Shown here piece after piece: positions 36,189 to 44,919 of a DNA stretch of 53,954 nucleotides (within the stretch, counting starts at the first letter, position 1; each line of letters begins with the position of its first letter). The notes beneath the pieces were generated by a model. That model was not told where the DNA came from. It did not search any database and saw nothing but the letters and a program-made list of their open reading frames with translations. Made by a program: the position numbers and the translations under genes. Origin of the DNA: an uncultured archaeon (GTDB lineage Archaea; Aenigmatarchaeota; Aenigmatarchaeia; QMZP01); assembly GCA_964501515.1 (NCBI GenBank), contig CAZCSS010000001.1, forward strand, positions 1-53,954, read 5' to 3'.

Positions 36189-37655
36189 TTATCTTGCCTT
36201 CCTGAAAAGTATCTCCCCCTTTTTGGGCCTTCCTGAGAAAGGCCTGAACTCCAGACCCTCAAGGCTCCCTGTTTTGACCCCAAGCTGACTGTTGATTTTC
36301 TCACTGGTCTCCGGAAGGAATGCTGAAATCAGGATTGAGATGATTCTCAGGGATTCCAGTACGTTGTATAGAACCTCACCAAGCCTCTCCCCCTCAAGCC
36401 TCCATGGCTCCTTCTCATTAATGTAGCGGTTCGCTGCCCTGATGAATCCCCAAATCTCATCAAGAGCGTGGTGAATCTCAAGCCTCTCAACCCTTTCCAT
36501 TATTCTCTTCGGTTTCAGGCTCTTTACAAGCCCTGGGTCAGGCTCTCCCTTAATCTTCCCCCCGAATTTCTCTGCCATCGTGAGAGCCCTGCTCAGCAGG
36601 TTTCCAAGGTCGTTCGCAAGCTCGTTGTTCAGCCTCTGTTTCAGGGCCTCTTCCGAGAAGTCGCCGTCCTCCCCGAGGGGGATTTCCCTTAGAAGGAAAT
36701 ATCTTAGGGCATCTGTTCCGTATTTCCCTGCCATGTAAACCGGATCTATGGCATTCCCCAAGGACTTGCTTATCTTCTCGCCGTTTACAGTGAAAAACCC
36801 GTGCGCAAAAATCATTCTGGGAAGGGGATATTCAGCACTCATAAGCATTGCAGGCCATATTATGGCATGAAACCTCAATATGTCCTTTGCCATCACATGG
36901 ATATCAGCAGGCCATCTGGAGGGGTTGGCTGATATGTAATTCACAAGCGCATCAAACCAGACCCAAAAAACATGCTCCCTGTCGTTTGGAAGAGGAATGC
37001 CCCAACCTCTGCCGGGTCTGGAAATGCTTATGTCCCTAAGACCGTCCCTGATCAGGTTCACAATCTCCCTTTTTCTTGTTTCAGGTCTTATAAAGTTCGG
37101 GTTCTCCTTTATATGCTCCAGCAGCCTGCTCTCATATTTTGAGAGGCGAAAGAAATAGTTCTCCTCTTCCAGCGCCTGGGGCAGGATTTTATGTACCGGG
37201 CATTTCCCGCCTTTCAGGTCCTTCTCTGTATAAAACGCCTCGCAGCTCTCGCAATAAAGGCCCCTGTAGCTGCCCTTGTATATGTCTCTGTTTTTAAACA
37301 CCTTCATATAGAATTCCTCAACTGTTTTTCTGTGCCTTGATGATGTCGTGCGTATGAAGTCGTCATTGGACATTCCAAGTTTTTTCCATGTGTTTCTCCA
37401 TTTCGAGGACATGAAGTCTGCATATTTTGCCACGTTTTTGTACCCGAACTTCCGGGCACCCTGCCTGGTCTTGCCGGAGTTCTCGTCAGTGCCGGTAAGA
37501 AAAAACACGTCCTTCCCAAGCAGCCTGTGCCACCTTGCCAGCGCGTCGCATACTATCATGGTGTAGGCGTGCCCTATGTGCGCTGTGTCGTTCAGATAGA
37601 ATATCGGCGTGGTTATGAAGAACCTCTCCTTTCCCCTGCTGCTTTTTCCTGGCAT
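36189..37655 (-). CDS. metG: Methionyl-tRNA synthetase (core form, no C-terminal dimerisation or tRNA-binding appendix)
   Basis: HIGH motif AHIGHAYT, zinc knuckle CESCEAFY...CPVH, and KMSKS variant KISKSLGN. Confidence 0.95.
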   Translation of the reverse strand: MPGKSSRGKERFFITTPIFYLNDTAHIGHAYTMIVCDALARWHRLLGKDVFFLTGTDENSGKTRQGARKFGYKNVAKYADFMSSKWRNTWKKLGMSNDDFIRTTSSRHRKTVEEFYMKVFKNRDIYKGSYRGLYCESCEAFYTEKDLKGGKCPVHKILPQALEEENYFFRLSKYESRLLEHIKENPNFIRPETRKREIVNLIRDGLRDISISRPGRGWGIPLPNDREHVFWVWFDALVNYISANPSRWPADIHVMAKDILRFHAIIWPAMLMSAEYPLPRMIFAHGFFTVNGEKISKSLGNAIDPVYMAGKYGTDALRYFLLREIPLGEDGDFSEEALKQRLNNELANDLGNLLSRALTMAEKFGGKIKGEPDPGLVKSLKPKRIMERVERLEIHHALDEIWGFIRAANRYINEKEPWRLEGERLGEVLYNVLESLRIISILISAFLPETSEKINSQLGVKTGSLEGLEFRPFSGRPKKGEILFRKAR

Positions 37656-37703
37656 GAAATAGTTTTCGCCTCAATGATTTAAATCTGAATCCCGGTGACA
37701 TCC

Positions 37704-37727
37704 GAACCGTCCGCAGATGGGGCGGCA
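37704..37727 (+). repeat. Direct repeat copy 1 (GAACCGTCCGCAGATGGGGCGGCA) inside a GAACC...GGTTC hairpin
   Basis: Identical 24-mer to 39328-39351. The inner stem is CCGC/GCGG, and the outer stem GAACC pairs with GGTTC at 37737-37741. Confidence 0.8.
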
Positions 37728-37985
37728 AGGATCTTAAGGTTCGTGCGGCTGAAGTCAGGAGTATTTCTGCGCGACTGATATAAAGTGTTGACCTTCTCGG
37801 CTGCAATAAGTTAAATCCGTAATTTACTGGATAAACATGTCCTGTCGCCATGCCTGCTGGTTTCGAGCAGAAAGCCCTGAAAACCGGAAAACCAACATCA
37901 TGCACACATTTTTACGGAATTAAATTGGCAGAGCCCAGAACTTTCTAATATTTAATATTCGAGAATCAATAATAAAAAGAGTTGT

Positions 37986-39308
37986 ATGAGAATCCAGATA
38001 AATCTCACAGGAAAGCACATAATAACCCTCTTTATCACAGCCCTGGCGGCCGCCGCAGTAAACCAGGCCGGCGCATTCTACTCCAATAACCCTACAGTTA
38101 TGGGTCACACCATAAGCGAGATACAGTGCGGCGCAGACAAATGCGACGCTAACTCTGACGACATAATCGATATGGCAACAACAGCTGACTATGCAACCAA
38201 CGCCGGCCACGCAACCTCAGCAGACTCGGCTATCAGCGCAAGCAATATCAACACAGGAACATACAACTGGAACAGCGACAATTCGAGAACAGTGAATGTG
38301 GACTATGCAACCAATGCAGGTGACGCTGACACACTGGATGGGCTGCATGCAAACGAAATAGGGGGTAAGTGGTCCGGGTCAGGAAATGATATTTACTATA
38401 ATGACGGTAATGTAGGCATCGGGGTCACAGAACCAAAATACAGGTTTGAGGTTAACGGAAACGCCAGATTCAGCGGCAGTGTCAGATTAGCAAACGCTGC
38501 TGGTAATTACTTAAAACTGCCGCATCTTACCACTGCCCAGCGAGATGCTCTTTCACCGGAAACAGGCATGTTGATATATAACACAGACACCCGCCAGATT
38601 GAAGGGTATGTTCCGTCACAATGGGAAAAGATAATCGGCGGTAAGAGCGTGGGAGAATCGTGTAATGTCCCTGCAGATTGCGCAACAAACTTTTGTGTTG
38701 ATGGTTTTTGCTGCGACAGCCCGTGTAATGATAAAACATGTCAAACATGTGGTCCACTATCATCAAACGGCGCTGGCTACTGCGGGTATGTGGTATCAGG
38801 AGATCCTGATAATGAGTGCACAGCAGGTTCGTCATCTTCAGATGGCTGCAGGAAAGATGAATGCAGCGGCACAGGCTATTCATGCGGTGTCTATACTTCA
38901 GGTGATCATGGCTGCCCTGTATGTCAGACATGCTCAGATTCTGATGCAGCATGTGAAAATTATCCTGAGTATGCAGAAGACACAGGATGCAACCAGATTT
39001 GCAGGGGGTGTTCAAATGGTTATTGCATAAACATACCTGTCGGGCAAAAGGATACCTATGGAACTAACCAATGCACCGCAACACATTATGCATGCAATGG
39101 TGCAGGTTCGTGCACTGCACCAAAAGGATATGTTTGTATAAATCATCCTTATGCGCAACCATGCAATCTTGTCTGTACCAGCAACGGGTTTGACTCCTGC
39201 GAAGGCACTTACTGTAACACGGGTGACTGCACAGGATATAAGTGGACATGTAATGATTATTGGCAGTGTTCTGGAACCTGCAAATGCTATGGGTATATCT
39301 ACAATTGA
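37986..39308 (+). CDS. Secreted surface protein with a tail-fibre-like N-terminal region and a cysteine-rich C-terminal region
   Basis: N-terminal hydrophobic signal or anchor. Repeated DYATNAG motifs, then DADTLDGLHANE, IYYNDGNVGIGVTEPKYRFEVNGNARFSG and LTTAQRDALSPETGMLIYNTD. The last roughly 230 aa contain many Cys residues (CxxC, CC, CxC spacings). Confidence 0.75.
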   Translation: MRIQINLTGKHIITLFITALAAAAVNQAGAFYSNNPTVMGHTISEIQCGADKCDANSDDIIDMATTADYATNAGHATSADSAISASNINTGTYNWNSDNSRTVNVDYATNAGDADTLDGLHANEIGGKWSGSGNDIYYNDGNVGIGVTEPKYRFEVNGNARFSGSVRLANAAGNYLKLPHLTTAQRDALSPETGMLIYNTDTRQIEGYVPSQWEKIIGGKSVGESCNVPADCATNFCVDGFCCDSPCNDKTCQTCGPLSSNGAGYCGYVVSGDPDNECTAGSSSSDGCRKDECSGTGYSCGVYTSGDHGCPVCQTCSDSDAACENYPEYAEDTGCNQICRGCSNGYCINIPVGQKDTYGTNQCTATHYACNGAGSCTAPKGYVCINHPYAQPCNLVCTSNGFDSCEGTYCNTGDCTGYKWTCNDYWQCSGTCKCYGYIYN

Positions 39309-39327
39309 AATTATACAGCGCCGCTCT

Positions 39328-39351
39328 GAACCGTCCGCAGATGGGGCGGCA
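39328..39351 (+). repeat. Direct repeat copy 2 (GAACCGTCCGCAGATGGGGCGGCA)
   Basis: It lies 20 nt after the stop of the Cys-rich gene. It is followed by GGTTCG and then T-runs (atttttctttttgtttttc). Confidence 0.8.
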
Positions 39352-39472
39352 GGTGGTTCGGCATTTGCGATTTTTCTTTTTGTTTTTCAGTTTACTGGGA
39401 TTGTCAGCTTTTGTATTAGCAGTACTGAGAGGGGAAACACAGGGTACAAAAAAGATGACCCGCAGGCAGAGG

Positions 39473-39853
39473 CTATATAGGTACTGCTTTTTCATAAGGC
39501 CCGAACTCGTCTTTCTCTTTAATGAATCTTTTTGCGGCAATCTTGGCTCCTGCGTAAAAGAAGTATTCCGGGGCTGTGTTGATTTTTCTGGACATGCTGG
39601 CAGCATGCTTGTACGCCCTCAGGCCGCCGTATTGCTCCTCAATCGTTTTGATATCGGATTTTACAGCGTAATAGCTCCCCACATTAAACGCCGCGCCAAC
39701 AATCCCTAACGCAATCGCAGCGGCTCTCGAAAAACGGTAAAAACGACTCGCACCGCAATTATCCTGCATGCCGCACGAACCGCAGATTGCTTCCATAGGA
39801 TTAAAACAGTGCATAAATTTTATAAATTTTGATTGTTCCGGGGCTTTTTGCAT
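39473..39853 (-). CDS. Hypothetical protein with an N-terminal Cys cluster and one TM segment
   Basis: HCFNPMEAICGSCGMQDNC followed by AAAIALGIVGAAFNVG. I recognise no family. Confidence 0.4.
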   Translation of the reverse strand: MQKAPEQSKFIKFMHCFNPMEAICGSCGMQDNCGASRFYRFSRAAAIALGIVGAAFNVGSYYAVKSDIKTIEEQYGGLRAYKHAASMSRKINTAPEYFFYAGAKIAAKRFIKEKDEFGPYEKAVPI

Positions 39854-39895
39854 CCTCCTGCACCATTTATATAATTTCTATTACAACAACATTCC

Positions 39896-41188
39896 ATGAA
39901 AATCTCCATCATAGGAGCAGGGTATGCCGGGCTGGCCACAGGCGTTGGCTTTGCGCTGAAGGGGAATGACGTTGTATGTTATGATATTGACAAAAGCAAG
40001 CTCGATTCCATAAGCTCGGGGAAACCCCCTTTCTATGAACCGGGCATGGAGGACTCCCTGAAGAGCGTGCTGAACCTGAAGAAATTCAGGGTGACATCTG
40101 ACCTGGGGGACGCGATACAGGATAGCGAGGCGAGCTTCATCTGCGTGGGCACGCCCATGAAAAGGGACGGCAGTCAGGACATGAGATATATTGAGAAGGC
40201 GTCTGAAGAGGCAGGGAAACAGCTCAAGCTCAAGAAGGAATACCATGTTGTTGTTGTGAAATCCACTGTTGTTCCGGGAACAACCAGGAGGGTGGTCCTT
40301 CCCAATCTGGAGGGTTATTCCGGCAAAAGAACTGGCCAGGACTTCGGGGTGTGCATGAACCCTGAATTCCTCAGGGAGGGCTCAGCGCTCCAGGATTTCC
40401 TTAAAGCTGACAGGGTAGTCATCGGGGAGTTTGACAAAAGGTCAGGAGACGTGCTTGAGAAGCTCTATGCCAATTTCAATGCTCCGGTTATAAGAACCAG
40501 TCTTGCAGTGGCCGAACTGATAAAATATGCAGCAAACGCGTTTCTTGCAACAAAGGTCTCATTCTCAAACGAGATTGGGAACATATGCAAGAAGCTGGGC
40601 GTGGATGTTTACGAGGTCATGAAGGGTGTTGGCCTTGACAAAAGGATTTCTCCGCATTTCCTGAGAGCGGGCACAGGATTCGGGGGAAGCTGTTTCCCAA
40701 AGGATGTGGCAGCGATCGCGAGCAAGGCCAGAATGCTGGGATACAACCCCTCACTCTTGGACGAGGTCCTGAAGCTGAATGACAGGCAACCAATGAGAAT
40801 GATTGACCTGCTCAGGAGCAGGGCAGGCGGCCTGAAGGGGAAAAAGATAGCGGTTCTGGGCCTGGCTTTCAAGCCTGGAACAGACGACGTCAGGGAGTCG
40901 CCTGCCATAAGGATAGTAACAGAACTGCTCAGGAGCAGGGCCCATGTAAAGGCGTATGACCCGAAAGCCAGTGAAAACTTCAAGAAGATTTTCCCAAATA
41001 TTGAATATGCCCAGACTCCCAGGCAGGCCCTTCACAAGGCAGACGCATGCATCGTGCTCACAGAATGGGATGAATTCAGGGGACTGACTGATGAGGACTT
41101 TGACATTATGAATGAAAGGGTGATTATCGAGGGCAGGAAGGCCCTGAATCCCTTTAAGGTAAAGAAGTATGAAGGCATATGCTGGTAA
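39896..41188 (+). CDS. ugd: UDP-glucose 6-dehydrogenase
   Basis: MKISIIGAGYAGL Rossmann motif and catalytic GFGGSCFPKD. Confidence 0.9.
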   Translation: MKISIIGAGYAGLATGVGFALKGNDVVCYDIDKSKLDSISSGKPPFYEPGMEDSLKSVLNLKKFRVTSDLGDAIQDSEASFICVGTPMKRDGSQDMRYIEKASEEAGKQLKLKKEYHVVVVKSTVVPGTTRRVVLPNLEGYSGKRTGQDFGVCMNPEFLREGSALQDFLKADRVVIGEFDKRSGDVLEKLYANFNAPVIRTSLAVAELIKYAANAFLATKVSFSNEIGNICKKLGVDVYEVMKGVGLDKRISPHFLRAGTGFGGSCFPKDVAAIASKARMLGYNPSLLDEVLKLNDRQPMRMIDLLRSRAGGLKGKKIAVLGLAFKPGTDDVRESPAIRIVTELLRSRAHVKAYDPKASENFKKIFPNIEYAQTPRQALHKADACIVLTEWDEFRGLTDEDFDIMNERVIIEGRKALNPFKVKKYEGICW

Positions 41189-41194
41189 AGGTGC

Positions 41195-42016
41195 TTGGAG
41201 ATGAAAGCCATAATCCTTGCTGCAGGACAGGGAACGAGGCTGAGGCCGCTTACGTATGGCATAGCCAAACCCCTTCTCCCCCTGAAGGGAAGGCCCATGC
41301 TTGACTGGGTGATAAGGAGCGTGCTTTCCGGCAACAGCGTGGAAGAGGTGTTTGTAGGCATATCAGGAACAACAGGCAAGGACCTGTCTGAAAGAATCCT
41401 GTCTCATACTCACGGGATCTGCATAGACAGCTATATCAAGAGCATTGATTACGGCGTTCCTGTCAGCACAGTAACCACGCCCCAGAAGGAAACAGCAGGG
41501 GATATTCTTCACATACTCCAGGAACATGAAATCCGCGACGGGCCCGTTCTGGTGGCTTACGGAGACAACCTCACGTCCTTTGACATCAGGGAGATGATAG
41601 AATATCACAAAAGGTGCAGAAACGCTCTCGGCGTGTCAGCCACTGTTCTTCTCTTTGAGGCGCCCCCAAGGGACGTGAGCAGATTTGGCATAGCTGATAT
41701 TGAAAAAGTCTCGGGCTTCACCCTGATAAATTCATTTATTGAGAAACCCAAACCACAGGAGGCGCCGTCAAGGCTTGCGAACGGGGGTTATTACATTCTG
41801 GAGATAGGCGACATATTTCATTCCTTCCCCAGGGAGAAGATAAAGGTTGAGCAGTCCATATTCCCAGAACTCGCTGCCAGGGGCAAGCTGGCGGGTTTTG
41901 TGACAAAACTCCCTTTCTGGCTTGACATATCCACAGTGGAGGCGTATGAAGAAGCAAGCAAGATGGCGCATGAAGGACTGATACTGGCTCCGCCTGCGCC
42001 TGCAAAGGGGGAATGA
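41195..42016 (+). CDS. Sugar-1-phosphate nucleotidyltransferase
   Basis: KAIILAAGQGTRLRPLTYGIAKPLLPL. Confidence 0.85.
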   Translation: MEMKAIILAAGQGTRLRPLTYGIAKPLLPLKGRPMLDWVIRSVLSGNSVEEVFVGISGTTGKDLSERILSHTHGICIDSYIKSIDYGVPVSTVTTPQKETAGDILHILQEHEIRDGPVLVAYGDNLTSFDIREMIEYHKRCRNALGVSATVLLFEAPPRDVSRFGIADIEKVSGFTLINSFIEKPKPQEAPSRLANGGYYILEIGDIFHSFPREKIKVEQSIFPELAARGKLAGFVTKLPFWLDISTVEAYEEASKMAHEGLILAPPAPAKGE

Positions 42017-42017
42017 A

Positions 42018-42947
42018 ATGAAGAATATCGTGGTGGCAGGAGGAGCAGGATTCATCGGTTCATGGCTTTGCGAATCCCTTCTGGAGAAGGGCTACCGGGT
42101 GATATGCCTTGACAATCTTTCCACAGGAAGAAGGGAAAACGTTTCGCATCTTCTGAATAAAAAGGATTTTGTTTTTATCGAGCATGACATCACAGTGCCG
42201 TTTGAAAGAAGGGGAGAGGTGCATTACATATTTCACCTCGGCTCTCCTGCATCTCCTGTTGATTACATCTCCATGCCAATAGAGACCATGATGGCCAATT
42301 CGTTTGGAACGTACAATATGCTTTCTCTTGCAAGGGAAAAGGGGGCCAGATTCCTCTTGGCATCAACCTCAGAGGTCTATGGAGACCCTGGGGAGCACCC
42401 GCAGAAGGAAACCTACTGGGGGAGAGTGAATCCTGTGGGGCCAAGAAGCTGCTATGATGAGTCCAAGAGATTTGCCGAGGCCCTGACCATGTCCTTCCAC
42501 AGGGTTCACGGGCTTGACGTGAGGATTGCAAGGATATTTAATACATACGGCCCCAGGATGAGGAAAAACGACGGAAGGGCTGTCCCAAACTTCATAACCC
42601 AGGCCCTTTCAGGAAAGGATATAACGGTTTACGGTGACGGGAGCCAGACCAGAAGCTTCTGCTACATAACAGACATGGTCAGCGCGCTTGAAGCCGCGAT
42701 GTTTGCCAAGGGGATTTCAGGAGAGGTTCTTAATCTCGGGAATACGGAAGAATTCACCATGATTGAGGCAGCAAGAATGATAAAGGAACTTGCCGGCTCT
42801 GACTCGAAGATAGTTTTTCAGCCACTCCCGCAGGACGACCCTGCAAGAAGAAGGCCTGATATATCCAAGACCGGAAAACTTCTGGACTGGTTTCCCAGAG
42901 TGAGATTCAGGGAAGGGCTTAAGAAAACAATGGAATCCTTCAGATAA
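42018..42947 (+). CDS. uxs: UDP-glucuronate decarboxylase (UXS-like SDR)
   Basis: GGAGFIGSWL, YDESKR, and the overall UXS-like layout. Confidence 0.8.
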   Translation: MKNIVVAGGAGFIGSWLCESLLEKGYRVICLDNLSTGRRENVSHLLNKKDFVFIEHDITVPFERRGEVHYIFHLGSPASPVDYISMPIETMMANSFGTYNMLSLAREKGARFLLASTSEVYGDPGEHPQKETYWGRVNPVGPRSCYDESKRFAEALTMSFHRVHGLDVRIARIFNTYGPRMRKNDGRAVPNFITQALSGKDITVYGDGSQTRSFCYITDMVSALEAAMFAKGISGEVLNLGNTEEFTMIEAARMIKELAGSDSKIVFQPLPQDDPARRRPDISKTGKLLDWFPRVRFREGLKKTMESFR

Positions 42948-42976
42948 TTATTAATCATTGTCCGGAAAAGATTACT

Positions 42977-44284
42977 ATGCTGTCGCAAGCGCTTCCCCTG
43001 GCCGAGACTCTGGCCACTGCACTCACCTCGGTGTTTCTTGTGGTAATAATGTCCCATTATGCTGTTCTTCTCTCAAGAAAAGGAAAAAAGGAAGAGAATG
43101 GCTTCTCGCCCCCGCTGTCTGTCATAATCCCTGCCCACAATGAAGGAAAATACATAGCAGGAACAATCGAATCTGTCCTCAGGAATGGGTACAGGGGAAG
43201 GATTGAGATAACAGTAATCAACGACGGTTCAACAGACAACACAGAGGATGTGCTGAAAACATTCGGGAGAAAGATAAGGGTTATAAAAACAAGCCATGTA
43301 GGGAAGTCAGCCGCAATGAACAGGGCGCTAAGAACAGCAAAGCATGATATCGTAGTAACGGTTGATGGTGACACAAGGCTTGGGGACGGCGCATTGTCCA
43401 GACTTGTGGCGCCTCATAGGAACCCAGATGTTGCAGCCACATCAGGTTCTGTCAGGGTAGGGAATCCAAGGGGAATTCTGGGGATGTTCCAGAGGATTGA
43501 ATACTTCCAGATATCCCTGTTCAGGTCTCTCTGCGGAAGGGTGGGAGGCATGATATATACAGCCGGAACGCTCAGCGCATTCAAGAAGAGTGTCCTCATG
43601 GAGTCGGGCGGGTTCAGCAGAAATGTGCTGCTCGAGGACATTGATCTGGCGTGCAGGCTGCTTGCAAAGGGAAAGAGAGTGGTGTTCGTTGACAACGCTG
43701 ACTCGATAACAAATGTGCCGGAAACCCTGAAGTGGCTCGTGAGACAGAGAAAAAGGTGGTTTAAGGGCGGAATACAGATTCTGAAGAAGCACAGGGGGCT
43801 TGGAAGGAAAAACAGGGGGGCAGGCCTCTTCACGCTGCCCATAATGTCATACTGGTATGCCCATGCCAGTCTCATGGGGTTTGCAATAATTGCCCAGATA
43901 CTGCTCGGTTACTACACATTCTTTTATTCAAGCGGCGTGGTTTTCTCAAATGACGTCCTGCTGTTCTTCCTGAGCTGGTTCTCCCTTTTCGGAATAATTA
44001 ATCTTGCGTTCCAGATGCTCGCAGGCAACTTTCCCGTGACTTCGCTGTCCCTCCTTAACGTCGCGGCTGTGTCCATGGTATACGGCCTGATTGCTTATTC
44101 CATGTTTTGGTTCAGGGAAAGGGTAACGCTCAGGGATATCGTGGTCATGTTCTTCATGATGCCTTACTGGCTGTTCATCATGCTCATACAGGCGGGGAGC
44201 AATGTATACTGGCTTTTTTCAGAGCAGAGAAACTGGTGGGGGAAGCAGGGGAACAGACAACCGCAACCAGAAATGAAAGCATGA
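42977..44284 (+). CDS. Processive family-2 glycosyltransferase (synthase type, membrane integrated)
   Basis: LSVIIPAHNE, VDGD and QRKRW (QxxRW), plus N-terminal and several C-terminal TM helices. Confidence 0.85.
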   Translation: MLSQALPLAETLATALTSVFLVVIMSHYAVLLSRKGKKEENGFSPPLSVIIPAHNEGKYIAGTIESVLRNGYRGRIEITVINDGSTDNTEDVLKTFGRKIRVIKTSHVGKSAAMNRALRTAKHDIVVTVDGDTRLGDGALSRLVAPHRNPDVAATSGSVRVGNPRGILGMFQRIEYFQISLFRSLCGRVGGMIYTAGTLSAFKKSVLMESGGFSRNVLLEDIDLACRLLAKGKRVVFVDNADSITNVPETLKWLVRQRKRWFKGGIQILKKHRGLGRKNRGAGLFTLPIMSYWYAHASLMGFAIIAQILLGYYTFFYSSGVVFSNDVLLFFLSWFSLFGIINLAFQMLAGNFPVTSLSLLNVAAVSMVYGLIAYSMFWFRERVTLRDIVVMFFMMPYWLFIMLIQAGSNVYWLFSEQRNWWGKQGNRQPQPEMKA

Positions 44285-44449
44285 TAGCGGGGGTTGGATT
44301 CTCCAGTGGAAACCGGCGACCGGTTTGTTCTGCCTTTTGAACCAACGACCTTTGGGTCTCTCAGGAGCAAATCCCTATGAGCCTTTCGCAATCCCATGCG
44401 GTTTTCACGCAGGGGTTACAACGAGCACTCCAGGCTGCTCCACCCCGCT
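44285..44449 (-). tRNA. Initiator tRNA-Met(CAT) with three introns. Exons are 44449..44419, 44383..44376, 44357..44336 and 44298..44285.
   Basis: The acceptor AGCGGGG pairs with CCCCGCT, giving A1:U72. After splicing, the anticodon stem is TTGGG/CCCAA (G29-31:C39-41) and the loop is CTCATAA. The T-arm is GTTGG-TTCAAAT-CCAAC. The central helices are 4 bp for introns 1 and 2 (TCGT:GCGA, CTCA:TGAG) and 3 of 4 bp for intron 3 (TTCA:GGAG), each between 3-nt bulges. Confidence 0.85.
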
Positions 44450-44471
44450 ATACGTAACTTGATAACAAGCC

Positions 44472-44479
44472 TTTATAAG
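44472..44479 (-). promoter_or_regulatory. TATA-like box for the initiator tRNA
   Basis: The minus strand reads ttataaag, 23-30 nt upstream of the tRNA 5' end at 44449. Confidence 0.5.
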
Positions 44480-44555
44480 TTTGATTAGGTAATATGTTTA
44501 AAATATTTGCCACAGGAGAAAAATTTTATATATCTTTTTTTCAAATCTTAACCGG

Positions 44556-44885
44556 TTGGGTATGTGGGACAGATGGGATCCAAAAGTATCAATCCCCGCA
44601 CTCGGTGTGGAAGGTTACTCTCGCCTGAGAAGGTGCATAAGCGATAATCCGGAATCGCCTAATTTTGGCCAGTATGTTCCCATGATTGTTGACTCCAAAC
44701 TCGGGCCGCTTTTCGAGAAACCAGTATATTGCAAATACTCCCCGAACGGGGAGAGCAATCATCCATGCTACAGCTGCAGACTGAAAGCACCTGAAAGGAT
44801 ATATGGTATCTGGAGGGAAAGATTCCTGGACATTTTGTACGGAAACAGAAAAGACCCTGCCCTTCTGCCCTTCCCGGAAGAGTGA
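44556..44885 (+). CDS. Hypothetical protein, 109 aa
   Basis: ORF only (TTG start, or ATG at 44562). I recognise no motif. Confidence 0.35.
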   Translation: MGMWDRWDPKVSIPALGVEGYSRLRRCISDNPESPNFGQYVPMIVDSKLGPLFEKPVYCKYSPNGESNHPCYSCRLKAPERIYGIWRERFLDILYGNRKDPALLPFPEE

Positions 44886-44919
44886 TATCTTCTTAACACT
44901 TCAGAAACAATAGAGTATT

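Noticed and set aside
37656-37985. A hidden tRNA, 5S rRNA or C/D sRNA in the 330-bp metG / surface-protein spacer
   Set aside because: GGTTCG-type fragments and two CTGA motifs are present. However, I could assemble no cloverleaf, no C box at the right spacing and no 5S-like helices.
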